A stretch of 64,000 nt of DNA from an uncultured Bacillota bacterium (GTDB lineage: Bacteria; Bacillota; DTU025; MWDF01), in the NCBI GenBank assembly GCA_963823655.1, contig CAWGMK010000006.1, forward strand, positions 224,001 through 288,000, written 5' to 3'. This document shows, in pieces, positions 20,802-29,806 of the stretch (the first letter of the stretch is position 1; each line of letters starts with the position of its first letter). The notes below the pieces were generated by a model, which made no database searches, was not told where the DNA came from, and saw nothing but the letters and a program-made list of their open reading frames with translations. The translations under genes and the position numbers were made by a program.

Positions 20802-22584
20802 ATGTCAGAGAGTTATATCGAATGTACACGCCAAGGCCAATAGCCAGGAGTCTCTGGAGATGCTAAGGCATACAAGCTCGCATGTTCTGGCGCACGCCGT
20901 AAAGAGGCTGTTCCCTGGCGTCAAGCTTGGAATCGGTCCGGCTATTTCAAACGGCTTCTATTATGATTTCCAGAGGGAAGTACCGTTTACTCCGGACGAT
21001 CTGGAGCATATCGAAGCCGAGATGAGGAAGATCATCAAGGAGGACCTTCCCATCGTAAGAAGTGAGATGGGCAAGGCCGAGGCAGCAGAGATGCTAGCCG
21101 GCATGGGCGAGGATTTCAAAGTGGAGCTTGCCAAGGAGTTGGAGGGCGATGTAGCCTCCTTCTTCAGGCAGGGGGAATTCATTGACCTCTGCCGCGGCCC
21201 GCACCTTGAGGCCACGGGTATGATCCCGGCTTTCAAGCTTACCCAGGTTGCCGGCGCGTATTGGAGAGGCGACGAGAAGCGCCCCATGCTGTCCAGGATA
21301 TATGGGACGGCCTTCTTCAGCAAGAAGGAGCTCGATGATTACCTTGAGGCTGTTGAAGAGGCCAAGAAGCGCGACCATAACAAGATCGGAAGGGAACTCG
21401 GCTACTTCACCACCAGCGAGCTTGTAGGCCAGGGACTGCCGCTTCTGATGCCCAAAGGCGCGAAAGTAATACAGATACTCCAGCGCTTCGTCGAGGACGA
21501 GGAGGAAAGGCGCGGCTACGTAAGCACCAAGACGCCCTATATGGCAAAGAGCGACCTCTACAAGTTGTCGGGCCACTGGGCGCACTACAAAGAAGGCATG
21601 TTCATAATGGGCGACGAGGCGAAAGGCGAGGAAGTCTACGCCCTGAGGCCCATGACCTGCCCGTTCCAGTTCATTATCTTCAACAGCGCATTGAGAAGCT
21701 ACAGGGAGATGCCCATCAGGTATTCTGAGACTTCTACCCTGTTCAGAAACGAATCGTCAGGCGAGATGCATGGGCTGATCAGGGTCAGGCAGTTTACGAT
21801 ATCCGAGGGGCATCTTGTGGTAAGGCCAGACCAGCTGGCCGACGAGTTCAGAGGGGTAGTCGACCTCGCCCATTTCATGATGAAGTCGGTCGGGCTCGAA
21901 AACGACCTCGTCTACAGGTTCTCCAAGTGGGATCCGAAGAACAAGGAGAAGTACATCGACAATCCCGCAGCATGGGAGGACAGCCAGGCACGCATGAAGG
22001 TCATCCTGGATGGGCTTGGCATAGACTATTACGAAGCCGACGGCGAAGCTGCATTCTATGGCCCCAAGCTGGATATACAGATCAGAAACGTTTATGGCAA
22101 GGAAGATACCCTCATTACAGTGCAGATCGACTTCGTGCAGGCGGACAGGTTCGATATGAGCTACGTCGACAGCGACGGGGCTAAGAAACGCCCGTATGTA
22201 ATCCACAGGACATCCATAGGCTGCTACGAGAGGACTCTTGCAATACTCCTCGAAAAGCATGCCGGCGCCCTCCCGTCGTGGATCGCCCCGGTCCAGGTAA
22301 AGCTGTTGCCGATATCTGATGCACAGATAGGATACGCCGAAGGGGTGGCAGCAAGCCTAAGGGAGGCCGGTTTTAGAGCAGAGATCGACAGAAGCGGCGA
22401 GAAGATCGGCTATAAGATCAGGTCGGCCCAGATGGACAAGGTACCCTATATGCTGATCATGGGCGGCAAGGAGCAGGAGGCGTCAAGCGTCGCCGTAAGG
22501 TGCAGGAAGCGCGGGGACCTGGGTCCGATGCCCCTGGACGCATTCGTAGCGATGCTGTCGGAGGAGACCAGGCTGAGAAAGTAG
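20802..22584 (+). CDS. thrS: Threonine--tRNA ligase, short form lacking the N-terminal TGS domain (apparent indel just after the start)
   Basis: LRHTSSHVLAHAV, DLCRGPH, RDHNKIG, RPMTCP, GEAAFYGPKLD; the RBS-supported ATG at 20802 is out of frame with the body. Confidence 0.95.
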
Positions 22585-22598
22585 CGCACATGGTTGAT

Positions 22599-22628
22599 TT
22601 GACATCCACGGTAAGGGCGTGTTAATAT
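22599..22628 (+). promoter_or_regulatory. Promoter of the infC operon
   Basis: TTGACA-18 bp-TAATAT with TGn extension. Confidence 0.7.
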
Positions 22629-22644
22629 ACCTTGGAATTGAAAC

Positions 22645-22746
22645 AAGAAGAAGCATCCGCTTCTCACCGTACGGCTAATGCCAGTCCGGTTACCGTAAAG
22701 AGCCAAGAGGCCGGGCGGATGCATATGCCCGGCCTTTATATTTTAT
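22645..22746 (+). ncRNA. L20 leader (infC-rpmI-rplT attenuator)
   Basis: AGAAGCATCCGCTTCTCACC motif, downstream GGGCGGATGC and terminator aggccgggc/gcccggcct-TT. Confidence 0.85.
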
Positions 22747-22762
22747 TCGGGGGTGAATAGCT

Positions 22763-23278
22763 ATCGGCAAAGAACTCTACATTAACGACGAGATCCGCGC
22801 TAAGGAAGTGCGCGTGGTCACGGAGGAAGGCGAACAGCTAGGGATCATGAGCACTAGGGACGCTGTAAAGGCCGCATCCGACCGCAACCTCGACCTAGTT
22901 GAAGTGGCTCCCGCCGCCAAGCCTCCTGTCTGCAAGATCATGGACTACGGAAAGTTCAAGTACGAGCAGGCCAAGAAGGATCGCGAGGCGCGCAAGAAGC
23001 AGCATGTGGTCGATTTGAAGGAAATAAGGATGAGCGTCAAGATCGGAGAGCACGACTTCAACGTCTGGTTCAAGGCGGCGGAGACCTGGCTCAAAGAGGG
23101 TGACAAGGTCAAGGCGACCATAAGGTTCAGAGGGCGCGAGATCGCGCATCCGGAACTTGGGCAGAAACATCTGATCAAGCTGACCAACCTCCTTAGCGAA
23201 GTGGCGGTTGTAGAGAGGCCTCCGGTGATCGAAGGCCGCAATATGTTTACGATACTGGCCCCTAAACAGCAGAACTAA
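22763..23278 (+). CDS. infC: Translation initiation factor IF-3 (non-canonical ATC start)
   Basis: Frame extends upstream of the listed ORF as (I)GKELYINDEIRAKEVR; GGGGGTG RBS 7 nt before ATC; PPVCKIMDYGKFKYE. Confidence 0.95.
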   Translation: MGKELYINDEIRAKEVRVVTEEGEQLGIMSTRDAVKAASDRNLDLVEVAPAAKPPVCKIMDYGKFKYEQAKKDREARKKQHVVDLKEIRMSVKIGEHDFNVWFKAAETWLKEGDKVKATIRFRGREIAHPELGQKHLIKLTNLLSEVAVVERPPVIEGRNMFTILAPKQQN

Positions 23279-23313
23279 CCAGAACGATACTAGCGTCGGG
23301 GAGGAACACAATA

Positions 23314-23511
23314 ATGCCTAAGATGAAGACCCACAAGGGTGCCTCAAAGAGAATGTCCATCACGAGCTCCGGCAAGGTGAAGTTCCAGAAGACAGGCAAG
23401 AGGCACAAGCTCGAGCACAAGTCCCCTAAATCCAGGCGACTCAAGAGGGGTACCGAGATTGCAGCCAGCGGAGCCGCCGCGAATATCCACCGCATGTTGC
23501 CCTACTCCTAA
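23314..23511 (+). CDS. rpmI: 50S ribosomal protein L35
   Basis: MPKMKTHKGASKR. Confidence 0.95.
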   Translation: MPKMKTHKGASKRMSITSSGKVKFQKTGKRHKLEHKSPKSRRLKRGTEIAASGAAANIHRMLPYS

Positions 23512-23549
23512 GTAGAGGCAAGAACTTTTATTACGAGGGAGTGACTTAA

Positions 23550-23912
23550 ATGGCTAGGGTAAAAGGCGGTTTCACAAGTAAGAGAAGGCATAATAAGACT
23601 TTTAAATATGTAAAGGGCTTTACTGGCGCCAAGAGCAAGATATGGAGACGCGCCCATGAGGCGATGCTCCATTCGATGGCATATTCATACCGCGACAGGC
23701 ACAACCGCAAGCGCGACTTCAGAAGACTCTGGATCGCCAGGATCAACGCTGCTTCAAGGATCAACGGCCTTTCATACAGCAGATTCATAGCGGGGCTCAA
23801 GGCCACCGGCGTAGAGGTCAACCGCAAGGTGTTGGCCGATATCGCGATATGCGATGCGGCAGCTTTTGCGGAGTTGGCCGCAAAGGCAAAGCTCGGTCTT
23901 GCAAGCAAGTAA
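23550..23912 (+). CDS. rplT: 50S ribosomal protein L20
   Basis: MARVKGG..YSYRDR..KRDFRRLWIARINAA. Confidence 0.97.
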   Translation: MARVKGGFTSKRRHNKTFKYVKGFTGAKSKIWRRAHEAMLHSMAYSYRDRHNRKRDFRRLWIARINAASRINGLSYSRFIAGLKATGVEVNRKVLADIAICDAAAFAELAAKAKLGLASK

Positions 23913-23933
23913 AGAAGAATACGGGAATATTAT

Positions 23934-23963
23934 TGGCGGCTCCGAAAGGGCCGCCATATTTTC
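23934..23963 (+). terminator. Probable terminator hairpin after rplT
   Basis: tggcggctc-cgaaa-gggccgcca followed by TATTTT. Confidence 0.65.
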
Positions 23964-23973
23964 GGGGCATCCA

Positions 23974-24738
23974 ATGATAACTTCCAGGGCCAATGACAAT
24001 ATCAGGAGATACAGAGGGCTTCTGTCAAAGCCGGAGCCCGGTTTTGTATGCCTTGAAGGGCCAAAGCTGATCGCAGACTGCATCGAAGCCGGCGCAAAGC
24101 TGGTCGACATGTTCATATCCCCGAGGGGGATTGCAGCGAGGGGCAGCGGGTCCGTCAGAAGGGCAGTTATGGCTGCCGGCGGCAACGTCTGGGAAGTGTC
24201 GGATCCGATAATCGATTACATGTGCGACACGGAACACCCCCAAGGCATGGCCGCGGTCGCGGCGTGGAGCTACAGCTCGGAAATACCGGACAAGGCGCCG
24301 GTAATCGCCCTTGACGGGGTCCAGGATCCGGGAAATGTCGGCGCTATCATCAGGACGGCTGCGGCATTCGGCTTCGGCGCTGTAGTCCTGGGCGGCGATA
24401 CGGCAGCTGCCTCCTCTCCAAAGGCCGCAAGGGCGAGCATGGGCTCAATCTTCAGAATCAGGATCCTTCAGGTGAGAAACCTCAAAGGGGCGCTTGAGGG
24501 CATGAAGGAGTGCGGTTTCGCAATCGTTGGCCTGGATATGGCCGGAGAAGTGCTTTCAAAGGCATCCTTGCATGGGGATTGCTGCTTAGTCGTAGGCTCC
24601 GAGGGCAACGGCCTTTCAGATGGGGTGAAGGCCGCAACAGACAGGCTCATGTCGATACCGATGCGATGCGGTGTCGAGTCTCTCAATGCCTCGGTAGCCG
24701 CATCTGTGGCCATGTGGGAGCTGTCGGGAAGACCGTAA
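23974..24738 (+). CDS. TrmH/SpoU family RNA methyltransferase
   Basis: MITS.AN, LDGVQDPGNVGAIIRTA, VGSEGNG, ESLNASVA. Confidence 0.92.
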   Translation: MITSRANDNIRRYRGLLSKPEPGFVCLEGPKLIADCIEAGAKLVDMFISPRGIAARGSGSVRRAVMAAGGNVWEVSDPIIDYMCDTEHPQGMAAVAAWSYSSEIPDKAPVIALDGVQDPGNVGAIIRTAAAFGFGAVVLGGDTAAASSPKAARASMGSIFRIRILQVRNLKGALEGMKECGFAIVGLDMAGEVLSKASLHGDCCLVVGSEGNGLSDGVKAATDRLMSIPMRCGVESLNASVAASVAMWELSGRP

Positions 24739-24748
24739 TATTTGTTTA

Positions 24749-24778
24749 TTGACGAGTCATATGCGGTAATGATAATAT
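24749..24778 (+). promoter_or_regulatory. Promoter of tRNA/5S cluster
   Basis: TTGACG followed by TGATAATAT at promoter spacing, 12 nt before tRNA-Thr. Confidence 0.7.
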
Positions 24779-24790
24779 AACAAATGCCTC

Positions 24791-24865
24791 GCCGACGTAG
24801 CTCAACGGTAGAGCAGCTGATTTGTAATCAGCAGGTTGCGGGTTCGATTCCCATCGTCGGCTCCA
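24791..24865 (+). tRNA. tRNA-Thr(TGT)
   Basis: gctga-TTTGTAA-tcagc, TCCA end. Confidence 0.95.
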
Positions 24866-24885
24866 GTGGATAAGAAGGTATTCGT

Positions 24886-24971
24886 GGAGAGATGGCCGAG
24901 CGGCTAAAGGCGGCAGACTGTAAATCTGCTCACGGACGTGTACGGTGGTTCGAATCCACCTCTCTCCACCA
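24886..24971 (+). tRNA. tRNA-Tyr(GTA)
   Basis: gcaga-CTGTAAA-tctgc, long variable arm, ACCA end. Confidence 0.95.
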
Positions 24972-25008
24972 CCGTTTGGCAATATGGGTAGGATAAAACC
25001 CTTAGGTT

Positions 25009-25126
25009 TTCCGGTGATAATGGCGGAGGGGCCACACCTGTTCCCATTCCGAACACAGTAGTTAAGCCCTCCAGCGCCGATGGTACTCGGCTGGCAACGG
25101 CCCGGGAGAGTAGGACATCGCCGGAA
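25009..25126 (+). rRNA. rrf: 5S rRNA, not linked to 16S/23S
   Basis: TTCCGGTGAT..CACACCTGTTCCCATTCCGAACACAG..GTTAAG..GCCGATGGTACT..GGGAGAGTAGG..ATCGCCGGAA. Confidence 0.96.
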
Positions 25127-25143
25127 TTATTCTTAGTAGACAT

Positions 25144-25219
25144 GCGGGTATAGCTCAGTTGGTAGAGCGTCAGCCTTCCAAGCTGAATGTCGCGGGTCCG
25201 AATCCCGTTGCCCGCTCCA
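25144..25219 (+). tRNA. tRNA-Gly(TCC)
   Basis: tcagc-CTTCCAA-gctga, TCCA end; T-loop reads TCCGAAT. Confidence 0.92.
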
Positions 25220-25227
25220 AAGTTCGT

Positions 25228-25304
<77 letters not shown>

Positions 25305-25313
25305 AAATTACCG

Positions 25314-25390
25314 GCCCGCGTAGCTCAGTAGGTAGCAGCGCATCCATGGTAAGGATGAGGTCATCGGTTCAATTCCGATCGCGGGCTCCA
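25314..25390 (+). tRNA. tRNA-Thr(GGT)
   Basis: catcc-ATGGTAA-ggatg, TCCA end; one extra base in the D arm. Confidence 0.92.
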
Positions 25391-25399
25391 TATCAAACG

Positions 25400-25425
25400 G
25401 CCGCAGCATCTTGCTGCGGCACTTT
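25400..25425 (+). terminator. Hairpin ending the tRNA/5S cluster
   Basis: gccgcagca-tct-tgctgcggc followed by ACTTT. Confidence 0.6.
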
Positions 25426-25436
25426 GGTATTTATAG

Positions 25437-26003
<567 letters not shown>

Positions 26004-26040
26004 CGCTTTTTAAAAGCCGCCGGGAAGCCCGGAAAGTATA

Positions 26041-26069
26041 TTGATTATGAAAACGGCCTGTGGTAAACT
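26041..26069 (+). promoter_or_regulatory. Promoter of rpmG-secE-nusG
   Basis: TTGATT-17 bp-TAAACT with TGn extension. Confidence 0.7.
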
Positions 26070-26199
26070 TCGTATTGCGACCCCACGGGGGGTCTTAATT
26101 ATTGTTAGTTTGTAGGGGCCTTTAAGGCGCAGCTCCGAGGCAGGAGAAAGAAAGTGCGCGTCAAAGGTACCTATAAAGCCTTGCAAGGAGGGAAATCCA

Positions 26200-26349
26200 A
26201 TGCGGGAGGGCATCACGCTCCAGTGTACTGAGTGCAAGAACAAGAACTATCAGACCAACAAGAACAAGCGCAACGACCCTGACAGGATAGAGCTCAGCAA
26301 GTACTGCAAGTTCTGCAGGAAGCATACCGCTCACAAGGAGACCAGGTAA
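26200..26349 (+). CDS. rpmG: 50S ribosomal protein L33 (Zn-binding form; not in the ORF track)
   Basis: [49 protein letters not shown]; AAGGAGG RBS. Confidence 0.96.
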   Translation: MREGITLQCTECKNKNYQTNKNKRNDPDRIELSKYCKFCRKHTAHKETR

Positions 26350-26375
26350 GCGCAAACGACTAGGGGGTATAAGCG

Positions 26376-26603
26376 ATGTCCGAGAACAATCCCGGATTTA
26401 CCCAGCGGATAGCGAGCTTTTTCGGCAGGATTGGGAGGTTCTTCCGGGAAGTGCGCGCGGAGTTCAAGAAGGTACAGTGGCCCAACAGGAAGGAACTTAC
26501 CGCCTACACGCTGGTTGTCGTAGGGACCGTCGCGGTAGTGGCAGCATTCCTCGGCTTGATAGACTATGGCCTATCGGCAGTCATACAAGCTGTAGTGAAG
26601 TAG
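26376..26603 (+). CDS. secE: Preprotein translocase SecE
   Basis: FFREVRAEFKKVQWP plus one TM helix. Confidence 0.95.
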   Translation: MSENNPGFTQRIASFFGRIGRFFREVRAEFKKVQWPNRKELTAYTLVVVGTVAVVAAFLGLIDYGLSAVIQAVVK

Positions 26604-26630
26604 GAAGCCTCCCGAAACTAGGGGGTCAAA

Positions 26631-27179
26631 ATGAGCGAGACTGAAAACAATGTAAAGCCTCTGTGGTATGTGATACACACCTACTCAGGCTATGAGAACA
26701 AGGTAAAGATGAACCTCGAGAACCGGGTCAAGAACCTGGGGATGGAGGAAAAGATCTTCCGCGTTCTTGTGCCCACAGAGGAGAGCACCGAAGTTAAGGA
26801 CGGCAAGAAGAAGGTAACCCAGAGGAAAATCTTCCCCAGCTATGTACTAGTAGAGATGATCATGCAGGACGACTCCTGGTACGTAGTAAGGAACACCCCC
26901 GGAGTTACAAGCTTCGTGGGCTCCGGAAACAAACCGATATCGCTCGGTGATGACGAAGCCTATAAGATACTGAGGATGATGGGCATTGTAGACCCGTCGA
27001 GGCCCAAGGTCAATTTCGCTGTTGGCGAGACTTTGAAGGTAATACTCGGTCCGTCTATGATCTACACCGGCGTCGTGCAGGAAATCATGCAGGACAAAGG
27101 AAAAATGAGGGTCATGGTCTCGATGTTCGGCAGGGACACATTAGTCGAGCTCGATACGGATCAGGCCGAGAAGATATAG
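26631..27179 (+). CDS. nusG: Transcription factor NusG
   Basis: WYVIHTYSGYENKV, WYVVRNTPGVTSFVG, KOW domain. Confidence 0.97.
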   Translation: MSETENNVKPLWYVIHTYSGYENKVKMNLENRVKNLGMEEKIFRVLVPTEESTEVKDGKKKVTQRKIFPSYVLVEMIMQDDSWYVVRNTPGVTSFVGSGNKPISLGDDEAYKILRMMGIVDPSRPKVNFAVGETLKVILGPSMIYTGVVQEIMQDKGKMRVMVSMFGRDTLVELDTDQAEKI

Positions 27180-27215
27180 CTTTTAAAGAGCTAGTTTGAG
27201 AGGGGATTTCGCAAA

Positions 27216-27644
27216 ATGGCCAAGAAAGTCACAGCTATAGTAAAGCTACAGTTGAATGCAGGCAAGGCAACCCCGGCGCCTCCTGTAGGCCCCGTGCTTG
27301 CGCCCACCGGCATTAATATTGTAGGTTTCACGAAGGACTTCAATGCCAGGACCGCCGACCAGGTAGGGACAATCATCCCGGTCGTCGTGACGGTATATGA
27401 AGACAGATCATACACAATGGTGCTCAAGACTCCTCCGGTATCATTCCTGATTAAGAAGTACGCCGGAATTGAGAAGGGCAGCGGAGTGCCGCAGACCGAT
27501 AAGGTCGGCAAGCTCACTTCCGCAAAGGTCAAGGAGATCGCGCAGATCAAGATGCCTGACCTCAATGCGGCATCTATTGAGTCCGCGATGAGCATGGTAG
27601 CAGGTTCTGCGAGGTCAATGGGCGTAACCGTTAGCGAAGAGTAG
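27216..27644 (+). CDS. rplK: 50S ribosomal protein L11
   Basis: [19 protein letters not shown]. Confidence 0.97.
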   Translation: MAKKVTAIVKLQLNAGKATPAPPVGPVLAPTGINIVGFTKDFNARTADQVGTIIPVVVTVYEDRSYTMVLKTPPVSFLIKKYAGIEKGSGVPQTDKVGKLTSAKVKEIAQIKMPDLNAASIESAMSMVAGSARSMGVTVSEE

Positions 27645-27656
27645 CACTTATATAAA

Positions 27657-27686
27657 GTGGGAGGGCCCAAAGCCCGCCTGCACCAC
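27657..27686 (+). promoter_or_regulatory. L1-binding mRNA site before rplA
   Basis: GTGGGAG..ggc/gcc..ACCAC stem next to the rplA RBS, matching the known L1 autoregulatory fold. Confidence 0.65.
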
Positions 27687-27699
27687 AGGAGGTTTGCAA

Positions 27700-28404
27700 A
27701 TGGCTAAGAAGACAATCGAAGCATCAAAGAAGATCGACCGCAGCAAGCTTTATGATCCCGAAGAAGCCATAGGCCTGCTCAAGGAAGTGGCGTTCGCCAA
27801 ATTCGACGAGACTGTCGAACTGCATGTAAGGCTGGGAATCGACTCCAGGCAGTCCGACCAGCAGGTACGCGGCGCAGTTGTCCTGCCTTTCGGTACAGGA
27901 AAGACGAAGCGCGTGGCCGTTTTCGCCAAAGGCGAGAAGGCTAAGGAAGCCGAAGCAGCCGGCGCTGATATCGTCGGAGCCGAGGACCTAGCGGCCCGCA
28001 TCCAGCAGGAGAACTTCCTTGATTTCGACGTAATAGTAGCAACGCCCGATATGATGGGTGCGCTTGGTAAGCTAGGTAAGATATTGGGTCCTAAAGGCCT
28101 GATGCCGAACCCCAAGACCGGCACCGTCACATTCGATATCGAGCGCGCCATCCGCGAAATCAAGGCCGGTAAAGTAGAGTACAGAGTGGACAAGACCTCT
28201 ATAGTCCATGTCCCGCTCGGTAAGGTCTCCTTCGACAAGGAAAAGATATTGGCAAACTTCGCGACTTTGATGGATGCCCTTGTAAAGGCCAAGCCGGCCG
28301 CAGCCAAGGGAACTTATCTCAAGAGCGTGGCAGTTGCATCTACAATGGGCCCAGGCATCAAGATCAACCCCCAGACGGCCACGGGCGTATCATTGGAGAA
28401 GTAA
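27700..28404 (+). CDS. rplA: 50S ribosomal protein L1
   Basis: [29 protein letters not shown]. Confidence 0.97.
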   Translation: MAKKTIEASKKIDRSKLYDPEEAIGLLKEVAFAKFDETVELHVRLGIDSRQSDQQVRGAVVLPFGTGKTKRVAVFAKGEKAKEAEAAGADIVGAEDLAARIQQENFLDFDVIVATPDMMGALGKLGKILGPKGLMPNPKTGTVTFDIERAIREIKAGKVEYRVDKTSIVHVPLGKVSFDKEKILANFATLMDALVKAKPAAAKGTYLKSVAVASTMGPGIKINPQTATGVSLEK

Positions 28405-28423
28405 GGGCCTGGATAAATAGAAG

Positions 28424-28565
28424 CTTCCAAACGGCCATTGACAGCAGGAGCCCCATTCGGGGAGCAAACGGCGAAAGCAGTCCTGCCGAGGTCGGAGAAC
28501 CGCAAGAACCATCCGGTTCAATTTGGGCCTCCGGCACAAGCCGCCGGGGGCCCGTTATTTATTAA
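28424..28565 (+). ncRNA. L10 leader
   Basis: GACAGCAGG..CCTGCCGAGG core plus gggcctccggc/gccgggggccc terminator before rplJ. Confidence 0.85.
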
Positions 28566-28596
28566 CGCTACTTTAAGGCGAAATGGAGGTGTGAAC

Positions 28597-29094
28597 TTGC
28601 CTACAGTAGAAAAAGAGAAGAAGATAGCCGAGCTATCTGAGAAGATCGCCGGTTCCAAGACTATAGTGTTCGCGGACTTCCGCGGGCTTACGGTCGGACA
28701 GGATACGAAGCTCCGCTCCAAATTGAGAGGGGCTGGAGTCGAGTATAAGGTCGCAAAGAATACGCTAATCGAGAAGGCGGCCGGACTCAAGGGTATCACG
28801 GGACTGCACGAGTATCTCCACGGACCGACTGCGGTCGCATTCAGCGGGGATGACCTTACAGCGCCTGCAAGGATACTTGTGGAAGCTGCCAAGGAGACAA
28901 AGATCCTTCAGATAAAAGGCGGCATGCTGATTTCCAAGCCGATATCCAGGGAAGCCGTTCTGAAGCTGGCCGAACTGCCAAGCAGACAGGTACTGCTAGC
29001 GATGCTATGCGGAACATTGAATGCTCCTATTGCGAACTTCGCAAGGGCGCTTGATCAGATCAGGGAACAGAAGGCAGCAGTAGCTGCAAACTAA
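28597..29094 (+). CDS. rplJ: 50S ribosomal protein L10
   Basis: DFRGLTV, KVAKNTL, GPTAVAF; TTG start after GGAGGT. Confidence 0.95.
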   Translation: MPTVEKEKKIAELSEKIAGSKTIVFADFRGLTVGQDTKLRSKLRGAGVEYKVAKNTLIEKAAGLKGITGLHEYLHGPTAVAFSGDDLTAPARILVEAAKETKILQIKGGMLISKPISREAVLKLAELPSRQVLLAMLCGTLNAPIANFARALDQIREQKAAVAAN

Positions 29095-29121
29095 TATGAA
29101 ATCGATAAGGAGGATATTAAT

Positions 29122-29496
29122 ATGACAAGGGAAGAAATCATCTCTGCAGTTGAGCAGATGAATGTTCTCGAGCTCTCAGAGCTCGTAAAGGCGATCGAAG
29201 AGAAGTTCGGCGTGAGCGCCGCAATGCCAGTCGGCGCCGCCGCCGGCGCAGCACCCGTAGCAGCAGCAGCAGAGGTCGAAGAGCAGACAGAGTTCGACGT
29301 AATCCTCACCAGCCCCGGCGAGAAGAAGATCCAGGTCCTGAAGGTTATCCGTGAGATCACCGGACTCGGCCTCAAGGAAGCCAAGGACCTCGTAGACAAC
29401 GCTCCTAAGCCGATCAAGGAAGGCGTCAAGAAGGAAGAGGCAGAGGAGATCAAGAAGAAGATCGAGGCCGAGGGCGGAGCAACGCAGATCAAGTAG
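29122..29496 (+). CDS. rplL: 50S ribosomal protein L7/L12
   Basis: [28 protein letters not shown]. Confidence 0.97.
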   Translation: MTREEIISAVEQMNVLELSELVKAIEEKFGVSAAMPVGAAAGAAPVAAAAEVEEQTEFDVILTSPGEKKIQVLKVIREITGLGLKEAKDLVDNAPKPIKEGVKKEEAEEIKKKIEAEGGATQIK

Positions 29497-29513
29497 TAAT
29501 CCCGAAATAATTC

Positions 29514-29546
29514 ATGCCCCTCTTAACGAGGGGCATTTCTTTTTTC
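29514..29546 (+). terminator. Terminator after rplL
   Basis: atgcccctc-ttaac-gaggggcat followed by a T run. Confidence 0.88.
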
Positions 29547-29555
29547 CTAATGCAG

Positions 29556-29646
29556 TTTACAATCTTGCAAAGATATAGTAACATTATTTATTGCCCATAA
29601 ATTTGGGCAACGGAAGTTTACAAGGGAGAGGTAATTGCGATATACT
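29556..29646 (+). promoter_or_regulatory. Tandem candidate rpoBC promoters flanking a palindrome
   Basis: TTTACA-17-TAACAT (29556-29584) and TTTACA-18-TATACT (29617-29646); TTGCCCA-N6-TGGGCAA between them. Confidence 0.55.
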
Positions 29647-29806
29647 ACGTTACCTGTCTTCTAGTATAGTGCGCACGGGCTCAGTTGGCAATCGCCGACC
29701 GGTGTTAGGTCCGTGTAGTTAACTATTTACCGCGCAAGCACCTCGCAGTGCATCTTTGCCGTCGCGTCATAACAGACTGCGGCCGCATGAGGAGGTAGGC
29801 AAGCAA

